Positions 26,264 through 32,000 of a stretch of 32,000 bases of DNA are shown here, piece by piece. Each line of letters starts with the position of its first letter. Position 1 is the stretch's first letter. The stretch comes from Acaryochloris marina S15. Lineage in GTDB: Bacteria; Cyanobacteriota; Cyanobacteriia; Thermosynechococcales; Thermosynechococcaceae. The DNA lies in assembly GCF_018336915.1 (NCBI RefSeq), contig NZ_CP064923.1, positions 4,980,001 through 5,012,000 of the forward strand, given 5' to 3'. The notes beneath the pieces were generated by a model. It did no database searches and was not told where the DNA came from. It was given only the letters and a program-made list of their open reading frames with translations. The position numbers were made by a program, and so were the translations under genes.

Positions 26264-27397
26264 TTAGGGAACGATTTCAACTACAGCTTCTCCCCCTTCA
26301 ACTTCTAAGGTTTGCTCCCGTAAATTACCAGCAGCCTTCGTACCCGTCATGCGCATCCAAGGTTGCAGCTGTTGGTACACAAGCTGGCCTCGGGCCTGGA
26401 CCGTCTGAGTTGCCATATTCCAGGTAAGCGCCTGGGCTCGCAACTGAGCTTGCTGAGGTAACCCTTGAACCTGGACCTGATCTTGTAGATGGAGCGTTTG
26501 AGACGCTTCTAACCTGCCCTGTTTCGCTTGAGCAGAAATACCTTGATATTGAACGTGCAGGCCTCGGGGACTATGCCACTTATCTTCTGTCAGACTCATC
26601 ACTAATCGGGGACTCTTGATGTGCATCTTAGACTCTGAGGAGCGGATCTCGACGGCTTCATCGAACACAAGCTGTTGAGACGGCAAAAGCCAATTAACGC
26701 GTTGAGCTTGGACGTGCTGCCACTTGTTCGATGTGAGGGGCTGATCCGCACTGGGCTGCACCGTCACCCTGGCGGGGATCATGCTGTGAGCAGACAGGGT
26801 CTTTTGGCGCGGAAGCCAATTAATTTCCTGAGCTTGCAACTGTAGATTTCGATTGAGCCAAGTGACAGTAACAGCACCTGATAAACGAGATTGCCGGGTC
26901 TGGGTAGACGCCTGAAACCGCTGCCCCTTCATTTCAAACTGGGGATGCTGCAGGAGGACCTGCTGTTGAGCCATAAGCTGCCCCGTTTTCGGGTGCCACT
27001 GAATACGTTGGCTTCGCAGAGTTGTGCGATCTCGCACATTCTCGACAACGATAGGTCCCTGAAGCTGGATAAAGTGAGAGTATTGATGAACCTGACCATG
27101 AGGAGCCTGCAGCGAATAGATCGGTTCTTGCTTGTGATAGAAGGTCCCCTGAATCTGCTTGAGTTGAACTACCTCACCAGCGACCTCAACTTCTTCGGCC
27201 CGTAACTGCCATAAGAGCTGCCCAGCAGGATCAGTGCGCTTGAAGATAGCCTGATGCAGAGACGTTTGAGGTTGCTTGGGGACAGGACGCCTAAATATTA
27301 CAGGTGCACAGCCTGAAAGGATAAGACCAAGCAGGCCAACAAGATAAATATAGGCTCCATATCCAGCGTTAGCACTGACAAAAAAGAGTCTTGTCAA
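26264..27397 (-). CDS. LptC/OstA-like periplasmic lipoprotein (long cyanobacterial form)
   Basis: Lipobox LILSGC after a hydrophobic leader. It contains repeated OstA/LptC-like strands (LWQLRAEEVEV..VQLKQIQGTFY, QRIQWHPKTGQL, QEINWLPRQKTL, QRVNWLLPSQQL, QALTWNMATQTV). The start is TTG. Confidence 0.6.
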   Translation of the reverse strand: MTRLFFVSANAGYGAYIYLVGLLGLILSGCAPVIFRRPVPKQPQTSLHQAIFKRTDPAGQLLWQLRAEEVEVAGEVVQLKQIQGTFYHKQEPIYSLQAPHGQVHQYSHFIQLQGPIVVENVRDRTTLRSQRIQWHPKTGQLMAQQQVLLQHPQFEMKGQRFQASTQTRQSRLSGAVTVTWLNRNLQLQAQEINWLPRQKTLSAHSMIPARVTVQPSADQPLTSNKWQHVQAQRVNWLLPSQQLVFDEAVEIRSSESKMHIKSPRLVMSLTEDKWHSPRGLHVQYQGISAQAKQGRLEASQTLHLQDQVQVQGLPQQAQLRAQALTWNMATQTVQARGQLVYQQLQPWMRMTGTKAAGNLREQTLEVEGGEAVVEIVP

Positions 27398-27418
27398 AAC
27401 ACTTGGAGCACATGAGTA

Positions 27419-28051
27419 TTAGTCAAAAGCGGGATCAGCAACTTCTTCCGTCTCGGGCTCTGAAATTGCAATCCCTGATAAAGGACGATACGTATAGCCG
27501 GAGCGAGAGGCTTTTTGAATATCGCCTTTAATTCCTTCTAAATCGATGTAGCGATCGGCAACGTTGATCAAACTATCGCTGGTCATAGAGCGTAAGCTAA
27601 CAACTTCTACTCGAATCCCGCGATAGCTGACGGCATCCACAGCATAAGCTAGGTCGCCATCTCCACTCACTAGGATCGCTGTATCGTAGCAACCCACTAA
27701 CGACATCATGTCTACGGCGATTTCAACATCCAAATTAGCTTTCTTAGAGCCATCTGGAAGTTGAACCAGTTCTTTCGTAATAACGCGATAACCATTGCGT
27801 CGCATCCACAGCAAAAAACCTTGCTGTTTTTCATTCGTCGGATCCACTCCGGTATAAAAGAAGGACCGCAACAAGCGTGAGCCACAGGTCAAACGACACA
27901 ACAATTTGGTGTAGTCAATCTCAATGCCTAACTGCAGAGCAGCATAAAAAAGGTTAGACCCATCAATAAAAATAGCAATACGCCCACGGTTTTCGAGCAC
28001 TTGCTCTGCCGAGAACACAGGGTTCTGATCCATATTTGGATTGATAATCAT
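27419..28051 (-). CDS. NYN-domain protein (LabA/DUF88 family)
   Basis: RIAIFIDGSNLFYAA, a DVEIAVDM motif and ILVSGDGDLAYAV are typical of NYN/LabA-like ribonuclease-fold proteins. Confidence 0.85.
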   Translation of the reverse strand: MIINPNMDQNPVFSAEQVLENRGRIAIFIDGSNLFYAALQLGIEIDYTKLLCRLTCGSRLLRSFFYTGVDPTNEKQQGFLLWMRRNGYRVITKELVQLPDGSKKANLDVEIAVDMMSLVGCYDTAILVSGDGDLAYAVDAVSYRGIRVEVVSLRSMTSDSLINVADRYIDLEGIKGDIQKASRSGYTYRPLSGIAISEPETEEVADPAFD

Positions 28052-28167
28052 GGAAATTAAAGCCTCGGATATCTAAATAATGCAGGTTTCTAAAATAGAT
28101 TGACTAAAGTGATGCAGCACCCTTAAAAAAATTTCAAGTGTGAAGAGTAAGTCTAGATAGCAAAACG

Positions 28168-29766
28168 CTAGGGTGCTGCAGCTTGTAAAGGCTCTAATTT
28201 TTGGAACACAGGTTGAGGAGTGCCTAACACTTGATTGGTGGGTAACCCCCCCCATCTGCTATGAATAGCATGTAAGGCTGCCCCATCCTCACCATGGTTA
28301 ACATTCAAATCAAGCTTGAACCCTAGCTGTTGATAAATCTGTGTACTCAAGTTAGGGGTAACTGGAGTAAGCAGATATGCTGACAGTCTAACTGATTCTA
28401 AAACTGTGTAAAGGATCTCATTCACCAAACCCTGCTCACCTTGTTTATAGAGAGACCAAGGCGCTTGCTCGTCTATGAACTGGTTTCCAGCTTTGACAAG
28501 ACTCAGAGAAATATTACAGGCTTGACTAAAACTTAAGCTTTGGTATGCTTTTGCAACTTGATCTGCCGCATCCCGACCCAGTTGAGCTAAAGGATGATCA
28601 TCAGGTAAATGTTGAATATTAATCTCGGGAACCCGGCCATCACAATATTTAACTGCCATTTTGAGGGTGCGATTGAGTAGATTGCCTAAGCTGTTGGCGA
28701 GATCAGCATTGACTACATCAATAAATCGAGTTTCATTAAAATCACCATCACGACCGAACTCTAGCGCTTTCAGAAAATAGTAGCGAACTGCATCAGCACT
28801 ATAGCGATCGACCAAGTCGACTGGATCGAGGGTATTTCCCAGACTTTTCCCCATTTTTTGACCATCTTTGGTTAAGAAACCATGACCGAAGACACGATCA
28901 GGTAAGGGAAGATCCGCTGACATCAACATGGCCGGCCAATACACCGCATGAAACCGAAGGATATCTTTGCCGATTAAGTGGAGATTGATCGGCCACCATT
29001 GACTGAATGCGTTCTCTAAAGTAGCTTCTGCATCTTCTTCGAGCAACGCCGTGACATAACCGAGTAAGGCATCGAACCAGACATATAAAGTATGCTGATC
29101 ATCAGTCGGGACAGGAAATCCCCAATCTAGGTTGACCCGAGAGATGGAAAAGTCTTGTAGTCCTCGCTCAACAAAGCTGAGGACTTCGTTGCGGCGGCTG
29201 GTGGGTTGAATAAAATCAGGATGATCGGCAAAAAATTTAATTAGGTCATCTTGATACTTCGATAGACGGAAGAAATAATTCTGCTCGTCTCGCCACTCCA
29301 CTGGACGCTTATGGATGGGACAATGCTTTTCTTCTAGAAGATCTCGTTCTTCTTTAAATTCTTCACAACCGACGCAATACCAGCCCTGCTGATGCCCTTG
29401 ATAAATATCCCCTTTATCCCATACGCGCTGGAAAAACTCGTTGACAATCTGAGCATGGCGAGAACTGGTGGTGCGACTGAAACGATCGTATTGAATATTG
29501 AGGCGTTGCCATAGATCTTCGAATCCAGCAACGATTTCGTCACAGTGGTCTTGTGGTGCTTTATCCCTCTGTTCGGCAGTCCGCTGAATCTTTTGGCCAT
29601 GCTCATCCGTACCCGTGATCAGCAATACCTCATGCCCTTGTAAGCGATGAAATCTTGCGATCGCATCTGCCGCCATCGTGGTGTAGGCACTACCAATATG
29701 GGGTAAATCATTAACGTAATAGAGCGGTGTAGTCAGCGCAAAACGCTGGGTTTGGCCGGAAGTCAT
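28168..29766 (-). CDS. metG: Methionine--tRNA ligase
   Basis: HIGH-type motif (LPHIGSAYT), KMSKS-type motif (KMGKSLGN), a zinc knuckle (CVGCEEF..CPIH) and an anticodon-binding helical domain. At 532 aa it lacks the C-terminal dimerisation/tRNA-binding extension. Confidence 0.95.
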   Translation of the reverse strand: MTSGQTQRFALTTPLYYVNDLPHIGSAYTTMAADAIARFHRLQGHEVLLITGTDEHGQKIQRTAEQRDKAPQDHCDEIVAGFEDLWQRLNIQYDRFSRTTSSRHAQIVNEFFQRVWDKGDIYQGHQQGWYCVGCEEFKEERDLLEEKHCPIHKRPVEWRDEQNYFFRLSKYQDDLIKFFADHPDFIQPTSRRNEVLSFVERGLQDFSISRVNLDWGFPVPTDDQHTLYVWFDALLGYVTALLEEDAEATLENAFSQWWPINLHLIGKDILRFHAVYWPAMLMSADLPLPDRVFGHGFLTKDGQKMGKSLGNTLDPVDLVDRYSADAVRYYFLKALEFGRDGDFNETRFIDVVNADLANSLGNLLNRTLKMAVKYCDGRVPEINIQHLPDDHPLAQLGRDAADQVAKAYQSLSFSQACNISLSLVKAGNQFIDEQAPWSLYKQGEQGLVNEILYTVLESVRLSAYLLTPVTPNLSTQIYQQLGFKLDLNVNHGEDGAALHAIHSRWGGLPTNQVLGTPQPVFQKLEPLQAAAP

Positions 29767-29932
29767 AGGCTAAGAATAAAAGCATTGTGGTTGCCGACCT
29801 CCATCATACATGAGCTATTTATGAACGGAGTTTATACCTAATTATGACGGTTTTAATAGGTATAAGCACATCCTCACCAAGGCAGAGGATCGCCAAACCA
29901 CCTTCAGGACTCAAGCGTCTTGAGAGAAAGGC

Positions 29933-30391
29933 TCAATTCTGCCATGCGAGCTGTTTATCAGCTTCAGATTTTATTGCTTTGAACAACCTAAGCTCCGTCC
30001 CATCACCGTTCCAATACACCTGATCAAAAATCTGGTGGAGAATGTATAAACCTCGTCCACATTCGCAGCCTGCATCAGGAATATTTTGTGGGGGCGGGGG
30101 CATCTTGCACTGATCCGGAGGAGTAAACCCTGCACCTTGATCAGAAATAATCCACCAACCCTGAGAACGGCTGATTGAAAAATGCACAAAGATGGTCTTG
30201 TAAGGATCCAACTTGTTACCATGCTTCGCCGCGTTAACTAACGCCTCTTGCAGGCCTAACCTGAGTTCTGCCTCTTCGGCAACAGGAATATCCGCAAGGA
30301 GGCAGTCTAAGATTGGACAAAGATATAGAGTTGATGCGAAGCTGACTTGCTGCCATCGATGGGCACTGGGCGGAAGCGAAGAAGCAATCAC
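29933..30391 (-). CDS. Anti-sigma regulatory factor, Ser/Thr kinase of the RsbW/SpoIIAB (HATPase_c) type
   Basis: N-box EALVNAAKHGN plus the G-boxes DQGAGF and GRGLYIL; 152 aa. No anti-anti-sigma (STAS) partner is adjacent. Confidence 0.75.
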   Translation of the reverse strand: MIASSLPPSAHRWQQVSFASTLYLCPILDCLLADIPVAEEAELRLGLQEALVNAAKHGNKLDPYKTIFVHFSISRSQGWWIISDQGAGFTPPDQCKMPPPPQNIPDAGCECGRGLYILHQIFDQVYWNGDGTELRLFKAIKSEADKQLAWQN

Positions 30392-30550
30392 TCAATTAAT
30401 CCCATAGCTATGTTCTAGATTGTCTAATGGGGGATACGCCACTGCACAAATTAGATAGATTGAAAAATCGGATTAATGAAGTTAAAAAGCTGCTAATTAA
30501 TTATTTAGAGATATCTCACCTACTACTAATATAGCTAATAGCCTTAGGAT

Positions 30551-30751
30551 TTACAATATCCGGCCGCTACTACCCCAGCAAGAAATCCAGTGAGAACAAG
30601 CATCCCAGCCCAGCTGAAGCGTACTAATCGGGGCTGGCAACATCTCCCCCCGAGAATCTAGCACCTGGACCAATACCAGATAGCCAATTCCTAACAGCAG
30701 TGCGATCGCACCGGTAATAACGGCAGTCCACTGGGAGCGATCAAAAGACAT
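30551..30751 (-). CDS. Possible small membrane protein downstream of the MCE gene
   Basis: 66 aa with one clear TM helix (WTAVITGAIALLLGIGYLVLVQV). It is on the same strand as the MCE gene and 75 bp after it. No recognisable family. Confidence 0.4.
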   Translation of the reverse strand: MSFDRSQWTAVITGAIALLLGIGYLVLVQVLDSRGEMLPAPISTLQLGWDACSHWISCWGSSGRIL

Positions 30752-30826
30752 AGAAATAGGTTGCCTGCAACTGAGAGGAATCGTTTACCCCCTTCACCGT
30801 AACATTCGCAGGCTGGCAGGAAACAG

Positions 30827-32000
30827 TCAATTCTGAGGGAGCGTCGATTGAGGTTCCGATCGAGGAAAAGCAGACGTGAGCGGAGCCTTCTGAGACCCTT
30901 GCATTTGTTGTTCCAAGTCCTGGCTAGAAGATAGCAGCTTGCCCAACCCGTTAATTAAGCGAATTAAATTTTGCCTCACCTCTTCATTGCCGGTAATGTC
31001 TTTAAGATCCGAGGTGATTTGGCTGGCATTATCCAAAGTCTCTCGAGCCGATTTCAATGTTTGGCGCAACTCCGACACAGTGGCAGGATTATTCACATCC
31101 GTCGTCAAAAGTTTGAGAGTTTCAGAGGCTTGAGCACCATTAGCCGCCAAGGTTTCTAGGTTATCTAACAGCTTGCCTTGTTCAACCCGGCTGAGCAAAG
31201 GACTCAAACGAGTCACCACAACCTTCAGCTCTTGGCTCGTCTCTTGCAAGTTCTGCAGGGAGGTAACTAAGGTGCCTTTATTCCCCTTCACCAGGGTATT
31301 CACTTCACCCCCTAATTGATTGAATTGTTGCGCTGCTGCCGTCACCGATTCAGCAGCAACACCAAACTGTCGCAGCTGTTTACGGGTATCCAAACTGAGC
31401 TGGGTCACACTGCGGGCAGCACGAGACACATCCGTTAGGGCAACCTTCGTATCTTTACTGAGTTGGCTAATATCTTTGGACGCCTGAGATAAATTATTGA
31501 GGGTAGCCTTTAAATCTGTACCTCCTAATTGCGTCGCGATTTGCATCGTGGCACGAATGAGTTCCTCCAAGTTATTACCGGAATCCCCTGTCAGACGATC
31601 CCCTTGACATAGAATCATTCGAGGATCACAGTCTGGCTCAAATGGACTTAAATCTTCTAAAGAGGCATCACTGAACTCAACTTCAATCGGTCGAAACTCT
31701 AAGGCAGCCTGTCCCACAAACCCTGACTGGCTCGTCTCAACTTTTGTTTGTCGAGGAATCAATACGGTACTAGACGTGATTTCTACTTCAACCACCACCC
31801 GATTTGCCTGGGGCCGCATTCGCGTAATATGCCCTACCTTTACCCCTCTAAACTTAGCCGGACTACCAATGCTTAACCCTAAAGCATCCGCTAACTCCAC
31901 TTGCAAAGTGTAAGCTTTACCGCCAAAGTTAAAACCACGCACCCAAAAAATTAAACTCGTTACGAGCCCTAGGCCAAAGATTACTAGCAATCCCACTGTC
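30827..32000 (-). CDS. MCE/MlaD family protein (TGD2-like), N-terminus outside the window
   Basis: N-terminal TM helix, then an MCE domain (YTLQVELADALGLSIGSPAKFRGVKVGHITRMRP..VVVEVEI), then about 250 aa of helical repeats. The ORF is still open at the window edge. Confidence 0.85.
   Translation of the reverse strand, partial: TVGLLVIFGLGLVTSLIFWVRGFNFGGKAYTLQVELADALGLSIGSPAKFRGVKVGHITRMRPQANRVVVEVEITSSTVLIPRQTKVETSQSGFVGQAALEFRPIEVEFSDASLEDLSPFEPDCDPRMILCQGDRLTGDSGNNLEELIRATMQIATQLGGTDLKATLNNLSQASKDISQLSKDTKVALTDVSRAARSVTQLSLDTRKQLRQFGVAAESVTAAAQQFNQLGGEVNTLVKGNKGTLVTSLQNLQETSQELKVVVTRLSPLLSRVEQGKLLDNLETLAANGAQASETLKLLTTDVNNPATVSELRQTLKSARETLDNASQITSDLKDITGNEEVRQNLIRLINGLGKLLSSSQDLEQQMQGSQKAPLTSAFPRSEPQSTLPQN

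Noticed and set aside
28073-28255. 60-aa ORF overlapping the 3' end of metG
   Set aside because: It overlaps the metG C-terminus out of frame and has no supporting features.
1-32000. Search for CRISPR arrays, tRNA/rRNA genes, transposases, integrases and terminal inverted repeats flanking the low-GC island
   Set aside because: I saw no regularly spaced repeat-spacer arrays, no tRNA T-arm/acceptor signatures (GGTTCGAATCC-like) outside coding sequence, and no recombinase-like ORFs. The island therefore has no visible mobility gene, and its mechanism of acquisition is unknown.

Overview
This is a chromosomal segment from a cyanobacterium. The evidence is about 19 copies, counted by eye, of the HIP1 octamer GCGATCGC, plus acsF and other cyanobacterial-type housekeeping genes. 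Most of the window is ordinary core metabolism and envelope biogenesis: dnaX, a GH13 alpha-amylase, acsF, bioF, a tandem-ATPase ABC protein, a UbiC-like lyase, murJ, a REC-GGDEF-EAL regulator, an SDR, ppa, aroA, a PBP4-type peptidase, an LptC-like lipoprotein, an NYN/LabA-like protein, metG, an RsbW-like kinase and a partial MCE/MlaD protein. I found no rRNA, tRNA, CRISPR array, transposase or integrase. Two patches look accessory. The first, about 6.78-8.9 kb, holds small genes: a VapBC pair, a basic zinc-ribbon protein, a lone addiction-module antitoxin and a GNAT. The second, about 11.94-14.31 kb, is a sharply AT-rich insertion of about 2.4 kb. It carries three co-oriented genes: an unmistakable aspartoacylase-family zinc hydrolase, a 176-aa acidic aromatic-rich protein and a 198-aa polytopic membrane protein. 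I cannot assign the last two to any family. The trio is transcribed divergently from a LysR regulator. This insertion is my best candidate for an undescribed module, but the sequence alone does not reveal its function. Smaller observations are an 81-bp in-frame tandem repeat in dnaX carrying HIP1, two sets of 22-bp-period direct repeats, a cluster of mutually exclusive hairpins between ppa and the SDR gene, a degenerate GGDEF next to an intact EAL, and a class II EPSPS signature.
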